Of a stretch of 64,000 nt of DNA, positions 1 through 12,513 are shown piece by piece (position 1 is the first letter of the stretch; each line of letters opens with the position of its first letter). The notes beneath the pieces are model-generated. The model saw only the letters and a program-made list of their open reading frames with translations. It was not told where the DNA came from and made no database searches. This DNA is from Epiperipatus broadwayi. Lineage: Eukaryota > Animalia > Onychophora. A program made the translations under genes and the position numbers. Where the stretch lies: the NCBI GenBank assembly GCA_028023455.1, contig JAQFVV010000005.1, positions 9,610,001-9,674,000 on the forward strand. The letters are read 5' to 3'.

Positions 1-104
1 CTTTTTTAACATGTAATCAACGACTGTATTCAAATGAAATGTTTATGAAAGATAATATAAAATGTTATATGCAAGATTTAATACAAGTGGGTTATAATAA
101 ATAA

Positions 105-800
105 ATGCTATTATCTATTGTATTGAAGCATTATAAACAATGTCATAATAGTGACCATATAAATATGAATAATAAACCATGGATGTCATTAGCTTTTATT
201 CTCAATATTAATAAAAATATAATAAAAGTTTTAAGTCAAGATTTTCGATTAGCATGGAGAACTCCACCTAACCTTAATAGGTTAATAAATAATTCTAAGG
301 AAATAATAAATAAGGAGGATAAAAGCAGTGTTGTATACTCTATTAGATGCCCACAAATAAATTGTAGTGCAATATATGTTGGAGAAACCAAAACAAATAT
401 TAAATATTGCCTTCAACAACATAAATATATGTATAATAGAGCAAGAGAAGGTGATACAGTTTATTCAGCTTTTTATGTTCACCAAAATACTACAGGCCAT
501 ATATGTAGTCCAAAGGACTTTACAATATTAATGCACGAAACACATGATAAAAAACGAAAGATTAAAGAATCATATCTTATACAAAATTCATCTTGTGCTA
601 CAAATTCGAAATTAACCAGCTTTCTGATTAGTTGTTCCTGGCCAATACAATGAAATGTTAAATTCATCACCTAGGAGAAAATAGAATTTTTTACACTGCC
701 TTGATAAGGACTCGTAAGAGTTGAAAGTGCTTGGAAATATTATTTGTTATTATTTTATTTATTTATATTAAACTCTGTATTAACAACTGACACGAATTGT
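105..800 (+). mobile_element. Penelope-like element 3' end: GIY-YIG endonuclease fragment plus 3' UTR/pLTR
   Basis: ORF 105..653 contains VVYSIRC...IYVGETKTNIKYCLQQH...GH...FTIL...E...RKIKESYLI, the PLE GIY-YIG pattern. An HHR-like motif follows about 50 bp after the stop. Confidence 0.85.
698..735 (+). ncRNA. Minimal type I hammerhead-like motif, U3-A8 core variant (PLE-associated, degenerate)
   Basis: TTGATAA-G-GACTC-gtaa-GAGTT-GAAA-GTGC-TT-GG. Stem II has 5 bp including a G-U pair; stem III is a GCGC-like tetramer; stem I is only 2 bp. Confidence 0.55.
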
Positions 801-894
801 TATTTTCTATTATAAAATTCTTTAAATATTGTTTTTTTTTACTAAAATTTATACCTTATTGTTAATATTATTTCCTATGTACAGATATAAAGAA

Positions 895-1245
895 CAATTC
901 CATAATCAACTCAATTGTTTCTCTATTCTGAACATTGCCTAAGTCTTTAACCTATATAGTATGTATTGCATCTTCATATCATCCAATAAGAATCAATCTC
1001 CTTTGTCTCTTTTTTTATGACTATCCAGTATTTCCTCTAAAATATCTCTCATTATACAATTCTTTTTCCCAATATATGTTCCATACAGTTTCTCTTTCAA
1101 TGCCCAATTAACTGATCTTCTTTCTCCATATACTCTCACCAAAACTTCATCATTTGTCAATCTATCCACTCACATAATCCTCTCTATTTTTTATATCCAT
1201 ATCTCAAAAGCATGAAGATAAAATACTCTATTCAAAACTTCAAGA
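895..1245 (-). mobile_element. Decayed RTE-clade LINE 3' fragment
   Basis: Minus-strand translation with stops and frameshifts resembles the RTE C-terminus (…KNCIMRDILEEILD…LLDDMKM…). Confidence 0.55.
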
Positions 1246-1339
1246 ATGATAGCTAGTAAAAGCAGCAGCAATTTACCAATACATGTTTTTCTGTGGTAAA
1301 GCAATGTATGAAAAAAAGATTTAAAAATGACCTATTTAA

Positions 1340-2520
1340 AAATGAATATCTGAAGTTCTATACAATAGTTTTAAAAAAAATTACTAATTATATAAGAAAA
1401 TAAAATTGTAAATTGACAAAAAAAAGCTATAAAAATTAATAAAAGTCTCAAAAATGTAAAATAACATTTTGATATTTCAGCAAAAAATTAAAAAAGATTC
1501 AACTATTTCTAACAAAAAAAGAACTGACATCATGAAATATTTAAAAGAATTCTAAAAAAAAAAAAAAAACAATTATGTAATAATAAAGAATAAGAAAATA
1601 ACATATTCTCTATGTCTAAATTACCAAATTTTTATAATGAAGAGATAAAACATGCATTTAAATCTATGAGAAAGAAAAACTTCAGAAAATAATAGATTTA
1701 TATTCAGTATTTTAAAAGAACCAGGTGTACAAGTAGAGAAATTGTTATCAAAGTTATATACCAAATGTCTTAATAACAAAGATATGATAGACATTTGAAA
1801 AATGCTATAGTAATGTTAATACTTAAGAAAGATGGTTACAAATATACTAGATATTACAGGACTATCTATTTTCTATTAGTCCTATGCAAAAAGTAAATAA
1901 TTATATCTCATCTATGGCAAACTTTGAATTTTAACCAAATACAGAGAACGAACTAGATTTAGAAGTGGTTTCAGTATAGTAGATCTAGATCCCTGTTTTG
2001 AGAGAAGTTATAGAATGAATTATTAAATATGAGTTGCAACTATGACCTATGTTTATATATTATGAAAAAGCCTTTGATTCTATAATCATTTCCATGATAG
2101 TTAAAGGCTGCACAATCAAGCTATAGGGAAGATACTATCATATTCTAAAGAATATTTATAAAAAGCAATGCCAATGATTAGATTACATTTTCATATTAAA
2201 TTTCTACATTTATAAAACGTTTTACAACAGTTTTACAAGAGTATTTTTGTACATTAAAATAGAAATATAAAGTAACAATAGTAAATGGAGCTTATTTAAA
2301 TTATCTGGATTTTATGGATATGCTTGTATTTATACATATTGCTCGAGCTTTAAGAAATATTGCAAAAGTTATTAGATGAAAGTAAGAAATTAAAACTAAA
2401 GATAAATGATGAAAAGTCTCAAACACTGCTCAATGGAATTTCCTAGAAGAGAATAAAGATTGAGAAGGGAATAAAGATTGATAATAAAAATTAATAGAAT
2501 GATTTTATTCATTGAGAGTT
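1340..2520 (+). mobile_element. Decayed RTE-clade LINE reverse transcriptase
   Basis: Broken translation gives EEIKHAFKSM, LLSKLYTKCL, KNAIVMLILKK, YRTI, RFRSGFS, YYEKAFDS, LQKLLDESKK, matching RT motifs in order. Confidence 0.75.
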
Positions 2521-3083
2521 CATAAAAAGTACTTCTGCAGATTGAAAGACTGTATATAGTAGTTAATTACCATTATATTTATTATTTTTATTGTTATTAT
2601 ATATATATTATAAAGAAACAGAAATATATAGGCTATTAGATCATTATAATAATGTACACTAAATATAGTTGAATGAGACTCTCAGAAAACCCTTTAAAAT
2701 ATAGCTGGTTAACAAAGTGCATTTTATTATACCCAACTATATCCTATAATAATTAAATCATTATGTAATCTTATGAAATGGATACAATAATAAAACTTAT
2801 GTAAATAACTTTATTTTAATAATGTGTGCACATATTTAACTAACTACACCATAATAATAAAATCATAATACATTTTCGTTGGTTTTTCAATAATATTTAA
2901 ATACTCTTCGCAATAGCAATAATAAACTAGAATTTTTCAAAACTATATAAAAGTAAAAAAAAATTAAATAAAAATATTACATAATTATAAATTTATCTAA
3001 TCATGTGACAATGTGAATAAGCAAAGATAAGAAAAGTCAAGTTAATTTAAATAAATCTAAAACATGCTAATAATAAAATATTA

Positions 3084-3146
<63 letters not shown>
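3084..3146. repeat. (AAT)21 microsatellite
   Basis: Direct reading. Confidence 0.95.
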
Positions 3147-3574
3147 CAGCAGATGACAGTTTTTCAAATATCTTCTTGAACTACCTAATATTTAAATTCA
3201 GTATACATCTCATTATATGTTGTTTACTGAGCACGTAAAATACCAATAAATACATATTTAAAAAATGGGGGGAGACATAAATCACATTTGAACACAAAAG
3301 TGACAGAGTTGAGCTCTTGTTGTAGGGATTTATTTGGTCCTTGAGGTATATCTTTTTAGACCACACTAAGCAGAGAAGGGCAATATTATGATGATTAAAT
3401 GAATTTTTTTTTTGTAATAAAAGAAATATTATTATTTCTAAGTACACATGACATAAATGTAGCATAATATATATTACTTTATTGACAAATATAACACTAC
3501 ATTAGTGAGTTAATAAGAAAATGATTTATTTAAAAAAGCTATATTACAGCTTTTCAAGCATACAAAACAACTAT

Positions 3575-4232
3575 GGTAAATTTTACCTTTAGAAGATTGA
3601 AACATATGCTCTCTGGCGGAATAATTTAGATTTTTTTTCAGAATTTTGTTATTTTTCTTTTTTTTCTCTGTAGTTGTAAAGTTGGTACTTTGATAAAGTA
3701 ATTGTACGTACGCTATCTAGTGTTTGAAATCCATTCAGAGAACTCTTGTGAGAATCGCATTACTTCACAACTAACTACAATAAAGATATGACAGGCATAA
3801 ATCATGCAACACTTTATCTTGCCAGTAAATGGAATATTAAATCTTGGTGTTCATGGCAGTTGATGGAGGAACTTCAAACTCTAGAATTGGCAATGAAGTG
3901 GTTAGGAAAGAGGAAGCTGTTAAAGAACATTATCTTATGTCAGCGTTTTGATGAACAGTGTTCACTAGTGAGATATGGTCAAGGCGCAAATGGTGCTAGA
4001 TGGTAATGTAGATTATGTTGATGTAGGCAAAACATAAGCTAAAATGTCAGTTTGGTACCTGCAATGTCTTATTTTCATCTTATCTGCGGGATTTTTCATT
4101 CAGCACTTTTTGCAATAGTGGCACTATTTTTGTGGAATTTATTATATATAAATTTCTGAGAACTTTGCATTATAGTTCGAAATTATTCCGCCAGAGCGCG
4201 TATGTTTCGGTCCGCTAAAGGTAATGTTTACT
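3575..4232 (+). mobile_element. Internally deleted Merlin/ISXO2-like DNA transposon
   Basis: About 50-bp imperfect TIRs (GGTAAAttTTACCTTTAG…CTCTGGCGGAATAATTT, inverted at about 4170-4232). Internal peptide LAMKWLGKRKLLKNIILCQ…YGQGANGARW*CRLC resembles a Merlin transposase N-terminus. No TSD preserved. Confidence 0.6.
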
Positions 4233-4949
4233 TAAAATTAAATATTTAATAATTATAAAATTAAACTGAAAATTTTCAAATGCATGGGTTTCTAACAAAA
4301 GGTGTATAAAATAGATTGATTGGTCGATTAGAAAAAAAAGTTTTTAAATTGCGGGTAAAAAAAAAAAAATGTAAATTGCTACAAATTTGAAGAGATAAAG
4401 TCAGTAAAAGCGAAAGTAAAAAAAATAAAATATAAAGGTTTGTTAACTTAATTTGAAATCAAATAAAGTATGTAAATGCTTCATCGTTTATGAAAATTAG
4501 TTTTTTATTTAGAAAGATTGTTTTCGAAGAAGTATATATATTTTAACTGTTAAATATTTTCTTCTTGTTCACAAAATAAATATTCATATTTTACTTGTTT
4601 CACTGAAATAACCGTTTGTTTTATTTTGGGTGAAATTTTATAATTTACTAATTGTGTGAAAGGAATTTATCTTTAGAAACTATTTAATTGATATTTCATA
4701 ACTGTAAATTAGAGTAATAATAATCCAAAGAATTCATTGGTAAATGTATTAATTTTTATTTGTTTTCAATCAAGTTGGCATTATCTATTCTCAATACACG
4801 ATTCAGTATTTTTATTTTTTAAGCTTTTAATTTTTATTTTATTTTATGGCATATTTTAATATCAGTCGAACAGTTTTAATTCAACAGATCTTTATATTCT
4901 TGCTTATATAAAATAATATTAATAACATTAATAATTTTTTGCCCATGGA

Positions 4950-5700
4950 TTATTTAATTTTTTTGTTTTTGTTTTCTACTGAGATAATTTTAGCTTCATT
5001 TTTAGATATTTGCATTAAATAAATAAAGACATGGTGACAGCTGGGTACAATCACTGATCCTTGCGCTCCAGAATTGGCCATTCTATCACCGCACCAAACC
5101 AACAGCATTAATTTTTGGGTTATTTATTCATTATAGTATTTACATAAATTAATATAACTGCATTAAATGTCCATCTAGTTTATCAGGATTTTGACCTGAT
5201 ATATAAGAACTGCTTTGTTCCAACTTTAGTTAAAGATCTATTTAGATTTTGTTTGATATTCAACAGATTATATTTATAATATTTCTGGACAAGTATCTGA
5301 GATTATTTAGAAAAATCTTTTACAATTTATAAATTTTCTATTGCCCAAAATGAAACTTATAAATAAGGTGATTTCAAAATTAATATATTAACAAGAAATG
5401 CAAGCACCAGAAATGACAGAATTCATGGAATCAATGAAATTTAAATTTCAGAATTTTCTACTTTACCATTGCATCAAAAAACTATACAGGATATTAACTG
5501 TGACTTATTTATTTATTATAGTATTTATATCGTGGTATAATTGCATTAAATGTTGATCTAATTTCTCAGGAGTTTATGCTAATATACAAGAATTGTTTTA
5601 TTCAACTTTCTTTATCAGTAGCAGATAAAAATTACTTTGATTTTGTTAAATATTATCCAGATTATATTTATATTTCTGGAGCAGATATAAGACGATTTAA
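4950..5700 (-). mobile_element. Highly decayed non-LTR RT-like fragment with a diverged internal duplication (about 5150-5320 vs 5530-5700)
   Basis: Mixed-frame …YINLCKYY…SGAQGS…LSPCLYLF resembles the QG..LSP motif. The duplication is visible directly. Confidence 0.3.
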
Positions 5701-5702
5701 AA

Positions 5703-5792
5703 CAGAGGTGTCCAACCTGCAGACCAGGATGGCTATGAATATGGCATGGCCCAACATAAAACTATAAACTTACTTAAAACATTATATATTTT
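5703..5792 (+). mobile_element. hAT-Charlie (MER30-like) terminal fragment
   Basis: CAGAGGTGTCCAACCTGC…CCAGGATGGCTATGAAT…GGCCCAACATAAA…TAAACTTACTTAAAACATT; recalled similarity to a hAT-Charlie MITE end. Confidence 0.5.
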
Positions 5793-5860
5793 TAGTGTTA
5801 CATGCCATAATACGATTAAATACAATGTCAAATATTTCATGCCCTCTGTTTTACTTTTAT

Positions 5861-6154
5861 TATAATATAATCTTCAATAACTTCTCTTCCTCTTTCCTTC
5901 TTTATTTTTGATTTTCTAATATATAACATATAATAACCACATTCCACTCTTTTGACACTTTGAAGCAAAATATATTTATTTATTAATATTGCCATTTCGA
6001 CTGTTCCTAGCAATCTTCGTCAGATCTTATAAGCTACTAAATTATCTTTACTCTACCTGACGAAGACTGCTAGGAACAGTTAAAACTGTAATATTAATAA
6101 ATAAATATATTTTGCTTCAAAGTGTCAAAAGAGTGGAATGTGGTTATTATATGT
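5861..6154. mobile_element. Fold-back retro-insertion with two HHR cores and a 14-bp TSD
   Basis: Arms about 5924-6023 and 6057-6155. TSD TGTTTTACTTTTAT at 5847-5860 and 6155-6168. Minus core CTGACGA-A-GATTG-ctaggaa-CAGTC-GAAA at 6023-5995. Confidence 0.8.
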
Positions 6155-6949
6155 TGTTTTACTTTTATGTATCAATGATGTTTTATTACTTAGATATATG
6201 CATATTCTATATTAGTGATCACAAAATTGGAACTTGATGAATGATTTTAAAAGACTACAAATGGGCCACTGCATAATTAGTATTATGGTGTGAGGACTCA
6301 TACTTATCTGTGGTGTTTGATATCATGAAAATTATGCACAGACCTTTTTTTTTACTTATCAAGTTTGTGTATTTAATGTGCTGTCCATGCAATCTCTTTT
6401 TTTGCAATATGACCAAGAAATGATAAAAGGTTGAACATTTGTGATTTAGAAAAGCCTTCTAGTAATATCATTTAGAATTTTATATACCATCAAAAATAAT
6501 TTTGACCTGATAAACCAGATGATTTGAAAGTTAGAATAAAATGTTGCATTGTGCTTAAAACATTGAATTTACATTTAATACATATTATTTGAATAAACAA
6601 AAAAATTTATAACATATTAATATTACAAGTATTGGTACTTTCAATAAAATGACATTAGTTTTTCTTCAATATTCTATGCTTTTAAGTTTTTGATTCTATA
6701 GTCTATTTGACTTTAATGAAATATTTTTTATTCAACAGATCTTTTTCATTCTTACTTTCATAAATCAAAAATAATATTTTTAATTTTTTTTTTTTAAAAA
6801 AATGATTATTTACTTTTTGAAAAATTAGTGTTTTGTCTCTGGTAGATATTATAAGTGACTTTCCAATTTTCTGGATTGAATCAGTTTCTACTCTTTCTAA
6901 TTTAACTTTTATTCATATATAGATAATGATGGAAGAAAAATTTCTCAGA

Positions 6950-7600
6950 AAATTTTAACTAGGATAGATATCAATTTGAAAATATAAACCAATTTAAATA
7001 TCTTGATAATTTCATAAGTATAAAAAATTAGTTTTATATACAGGGCTTTTTGTTGAAACATTGTAATCTTGTTAGAAAAGTTTCATTTAAGTATGCTTCT
7101 AAAACATTAAACATAATTAACAAGCTTATAACACAAATCAAAATGTTCTTTAGATTATGAAATCAAACTTTTTGGGGATTGGATATGTCAAATGAAAGAC
7201 CTTATTAATGTATATCTTATAATGAACTTGAGCATGTTTTCAAGGAAGAGGTAGACTTCTATTTTGCTATAATTATTATTTCAAAAACATTTTAAAAAGT
7301 GTAGTGATGTTTTTGTTGGAAATATATGGCAGAGAATACATTAGAGAGCTAGAATTAGGCACTGTAATGAAGTATTTTAGATAGAAAAATTTTTTGCAAA
7401 AAAAAATTAAAAAATAACATCTCCAAATATCAAATAAACAGGAAAAAATGTCATCATGTTCTACATGTGGATTATTTTTGTATTTTAAGATTGGTTTGTA
7501 TAGTCATTCATAAAACTCATTTCAATTGTAGTAATATTGTTATCTTTTATTTTTGGAATTGGAATAGTGATATCTGTTTGCAATGGCTGCTTATGATAAT
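6950..7600 (+). mobile_element. Decayed RTE LINE 3' end with C-terminal zinc finger
   Basis: CSTCGLFLYFKIGLYSH at about 7460-7510 resembles the RTE C-x2-C…RIGLYSH motif. Confidence 0.5.
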
Positions 7601-9945
7601 GCCTGAATAGATAGAAAAATTCTGCTAAATCAATTAGTTTAATTTAAATAAAAATAGGAATATATTAGAATTGAATAAACAAAAACAGATTGTTTAGAAA
7701 GAAAAAGTTGTAGAGGCTTTAACTAAAAATGAAATAACATTTAAAAAAATATTTTAAATGAATTGTGTCTTAATTCTTTTCTATTTCATGGATTACTTTT
7801 TGAAGACTTGTTTAGAAAAAAAGACAAAGTACCATTTGTAATTCACAATGTTAAATAGACATTAAAAATTGTGTTGAGTATAAAGGTATGCATTAATTTT
7901 AAATGTGAAAAACTTTTACAGCTAAAACAGTATTAAAATCAGATATTTGTGAATTTTGTAAAAATGTATATAAAATCATGGCAAACTTAAAAAAAAAAAA
8001 AAAAAAATCTTAAAAGTTGAAAATAGATTTGAAAACTTGATTGCAAAATTATAATCTGGAAAAAAATGAATTTTAAAACAGCTAGTGATATTTTATCATT
8101 AAATAAATATCAACTATAATTCAGTGATAATTAGACAGGTCATGAAACAATTATTAATATTTTGAGAGTGCAGACAAATAGTTATAAATATAAATTTGGA
8201 TTATGAAATATAAATAATTTTAGTAAAAATTAATTTTAAAGGAATTTTTTAATATTTTAAAACATCAAATGAGACTAAAAATTGTTCCATTAAAATTTCT
8301 GAATCATATTCAGTGAAAATGATCTAGGTTTATTGTTTTGATTTAATCATTATAATAATGTATCAAAGCATAGTTTATTAGTAATTACAGTGCATGAAAT
8401 TGCTTTTTATTAAGACAAGTTTTGATGCATTCAGTATTTATTTGAAATAAAATTGAAATAAATTATTGTTTTCTTAGAAGATGGTATTGCTATTTTTGAA
8501 TTTTATACAATCTCTATAAAAATATGTATATTGTGGAAAAGTCTACTTACTTACATAGAGTGTTCATTTTACTTTGCTTAAGATTGAAGAAATATATTAA
8601 AAAATAAAGATATCAGTGGTTAATTAGATAAAGTTGAAAAATTTATTACCATCATCAGTATAGTTTCCATATGTTTTCATTGTGACCTTTTTTTTTCAAA
8701 TTTTGAATAGATAATTGCTTAAATTTTATACATTGAAGGATAATTGCACATATATTTTGGTTGTTATTAAAGAAAATAATATAGTATTTTATCTTGCTTT
8801 GTGAAATAATACATTTATCAATTTGTCTGATTCATCTACTTAGATTTTTAAGTTTTTTCTATCCTCCCAAACTTATCAACAACAAAAAAGGCAGAGAATT
8901 TATTAGAAATACTTTGCTTAATAACAATTTTGTAAAAACTCACTGTAAGCCAAGAGATTACTAGGAACTTGCAAATGTTTCCAAGTGATGGATGATTTTT
9001 TTAAAAGTATTCCTATGTAATAAATATTTTATTCAGAGAAGTGATTTGGTTTATTAACAAAAATATCACTTATGTTGTAAATTACAAAGAATATATTATA
9101 ATTTATAATTGGATTAATATAATAACATTCATTGATGAAAATATAAATTGTATTCACAATTCAATAATATTTTTAATCTGAAAATAAAGAGTTTGTGGAT
9201 GTAAAGATGTTTTGTGATAAGAACAGTTATTTCAAATAATTTGTAATTATTTAGCTCTCTTTATTAGCTTAACAATTTGGTTTAGTCAAAGTTCTAAATT
9301 TCTCATGAAACCATTTATTGTTTTAAAAACTTTCTTATATCACTACTGATTAATTGTGTAAATAATTTAATAATACAAATGATTTATTGTTCTTGGGAAT
9401 TCATAAGAAGTTTGAATACCAGAAATAATAGAGCTGAAGCCATGCTTTATTTCAGCATTAAATCACACATGGCATTGACTGTAGGTTATGTCAAGGCAGA
9501 CTTAGTGTGTCTCTTATTTCTAATTATTATTTGCTTATACTACCTTTTTAAATTTTCTATTCTGTGCTTTTTTTTAAATTTATAATAATTTTTAATTTAT
9601 AATATAAATAATAATGAAATTATATAATTTTAATTTCTAATCATGTAGAAATAAGTTTATAAATATAAATGCTTTGTAGATGTTTAAAAATTTTAACAGA
9701 AATTATCTTTATGATGTTATTTTATAAAATATCTACTTCTTTAGAACATATATAAGGTTGAGTGTCGAATATGAAATCAAACAGTCAATTAAATATTGTA
9801 TAAATTCAGCCCATATTATTATTTCTCTTAATAAAAACAGGCAAAACTCTCCATACAGTAGTGCCACTCAATGCCAACCAAAGTAATCAATGGATGCCAG
9901 AAGGCTTGTGCATAAAATACCCATCTAGTGCTTACTCATCCAATA

Positions 9946-9987
9946 TCCCCAGACTAGTTTCTGGCTTGTAGTCTTCATCAGTGAGGA
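9946..9987 (-). ncRNA. Type I minimal hammerhead (family A)
   Basis: UCCUCA-CUGAUGA-A-GAC-uacaa-GCC-A-GAAA-CUAG-UC^UGGGGA; 6-bp stem I, palindromic stem III, one mismatch in stem II. Confidence 0.75.
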
Positions 9988-10628
9988 GCTTTGGATCTGA
10001 GAGCACTGCACCTAGATCTTAGGACCTAATGCAACCCTCCAGCAGCCACCTTTTATCTCAACTCAACTACAAAACTATGAGAATAAAATTGAAAACACAA
10101 TAATATTTTCAATTTAAGCTCAATAGCTTATCTAGTCATATGGATCTGAACCCAGTTCAGTACCCATACATTTTGGGGTCTTTGGCTCTTTAACAACCAT
10201 AGCCACCACTATGCTATTACGCAGGATTGTTATTAAACCACTAAACATCACATGATCACTATTCCTTATGCTAGCACGTTATTAAAACAGGCACAACTCT
10301 CCATACAGTAGTACCACTAAGAGTAATCAATGGATGCTAGCATAAGGAATAGTGATCATGTGATGTTTAGTGGTTTAATACCAATCCTGTCTAATAGGAT
10401 AATGATGGCTATGGTTATTAAAGAGTCAAATACATCAAAATGTATGAGTATTGAACTGGGTTCAGACTCATATGCCTATATAAGCTATTGAGCTTAGATT
10501 GAAAATATTATTGTGTTTTCAATTTTATTCTCATAATTTTGTAGTTAAGTAGAGATAAAAGGTGGCTGCAGGGGGGGGGGGTTGCATTAGGTCCTAAGAT
10601 CCAGGTGCAGTGCTCCCAGATCCAAAGC

Positions 10629-10670
10629 TTCTCACTGATGAAGGCCTCAAGCCAGAAACTAGTCTGGGGA
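10629..10670 (+). ncRNA. Type I minimal hammerhead (family A)
   Basis: UUCUCA-CUGAUGA-A-GGC-cucaa-GCC-A-GAAA-CUAG-UC^UGGGGA; stem I fully paired with two G-U pairs; GUC cleavage triplet. Confidence 0.8.
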
Positions 10671-12177
10671 TATTTGATGTGTAGGCACTAGATGGGGATT
10701 TTATGCACAAGTTTTCTGGCATTCATTGATTATTCTGGTTGGTGGCACTACTGTATGGAGAGTTTTGCCTGTTTTAATAACAATTATGTGGTAGCATAAG
10801 GAATAGTGATCATGTGATTTTTATTTCCATTAATACGAAAAAAATAAGAACTGTGATTATAGGGTGAATATGATAATTTTTTTTTTAGACACAGACTTAT
10901 ATCAAAGAATATGTTCTTTATTTTGAATGAAATATCCAAAATATTTTAAATATTCAATACTTTTATGATTATTCATCTTTACAATAGTAAATTATAACCT
11001 AAATTCTATCAACTTTCCATCAATTTTTTTATAAATGAATAAATTCGAAGCCTGTTTACATTTTTAGTCTTTTAGAATATAAGATAGTCCTATTTTCACT
11101 CTACAACTGACAATTTACATTCAGATTTCATCTGCTTTTTTTTTTGCACTTTAGTCATCAAATTATTTTCCTAGTCTGAAATCACAATGCATTATTTCAG
11201 GCTTTATCAAATGGCATTCTACATTAATAGATTATTTTATTGTGTGTATTAAAGTAAATATTTTTTCTTATTATTTTTTTAATTGTTTTCATCTAATTAG
11301 TTTTTATTTTTCAATCCTAAATATTGTTTAGTTATTATGCACATTTTTTCTTAAGTATTTGTTGAGAATAATTAAATAATTAATGACTTTTGTTAGGATA
11401 TTCAATGGATTCACTAGATCTGCAGTATCATCACCCAATGATTCACTCTGCCTTAATTTAAAAATATATATAATAAAAAAAATTAAAATAAAAATAAAAA
11501 TTTTTTTGTTAGGCTATTATTTAGACATTAAAATATTTTGCATTTTTTCATCATAAATTATAAACTTACGCAAATGTATCTGCAATTACATTTATATAAT
11601 TTTAATATTGTAATTATCCTATGTTAAAAGAGCAGTAATTTTTCATATTTTATTTTAAAAAAAGGATTTAGAGTTTTCATATTTTTGTTTTTTAATTCAT
11701 TTCATTTAAAGTTGGGAGAGAAATTGGTACATTTGAAAGTAAATACATCAGATATTTTTTGATTGTGGAGTAAAATTTTATTAACTTCTTTTAATGTAAC
11801 AATCTATTGAAAATATTTTTTTTAGGAATATCTTACAATACAATAAAACGAATATTTAAAAAAAATAGTCTATTGTATAAAATAATTTATATTTCAATTA
11901 ATTATTTTTATTTTAAATTCTATATACTCTTTGTTTGTTTATAAAATATTTTTATTTTTAAAAAAAAAAACTGGATTTTTTTACTATACATCTATGTTCA
12001 ATGGTAAATTGGTTTTTATAATAAATTATAGAAGATTTGAAATATCAGGCACTCTTAAACCTGGAACCTAATTGTAAATATAGGGATTTGAACTCAGACC
12101 TTCAAGCCACTTCACTATCTACTCTATCTCATACTACTGATACACATGACCACCCACATGCAGAAAATATAAATAAT

Positions 12178-12222
12178 CACCGATACACATATTTTGTGCT
12201 AAACCAGCACTCATCAGTTGGT
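12178..12222 (-). ncRNA. Type I hammerhead (family B), G12A lesion
   Basis: ACCAA-CUGAUGA-GUGCU-gguuu-AGCAC-AAAA-UAUGUG-UA^UCGGU. Confidence 0.7.
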
Positions 12223-12469
12223 CGATTACCATCTCATATATATATATAATCAGTGCTCAGTTTATATTAAGATAGCAAATCCTCACACTTTAATGGACAG
12301 GCTTCAACCTACTCCAACTCTTCAGCCATCCTTACCATTGAAAAATCTGATGATAGAATTCCCAAATCCCATGCTGATGCCTCACATATAGGACAGTATC
12401 AATTTTAATTACATAGAAGAGGGATGAGCACTAATTATATATATATATATGTATGAGATGGTAATCTGG

Positions 12470-12513
12470 ACCAACTGATGAGTGCTAGTTTAGCGCAAAA
12501 TATGTATGTTGGT
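12470..12513 (+). ncRNA. Type I hammerhead (family B), G12A and H17G lesions
   Basis: ACCAA-CUGAUGA-GUGCU-aguuu-AGCGC-AAAA-UAUGUA-UG^UUGGU. Confidence 0.7.

Larger units (their letters stand above)
9828..10818. mobile_element. Family A: ~455-bp HHR-bearing, tRNA-box-bearing repeat as a ~950-bp imperfect palindrome with head-to-tail junctions
   Basis: Arms 9828-10276 and 10335-10781. The spacer and 10792-10818 are monomer-junction sequences. Confidence 0.85.
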
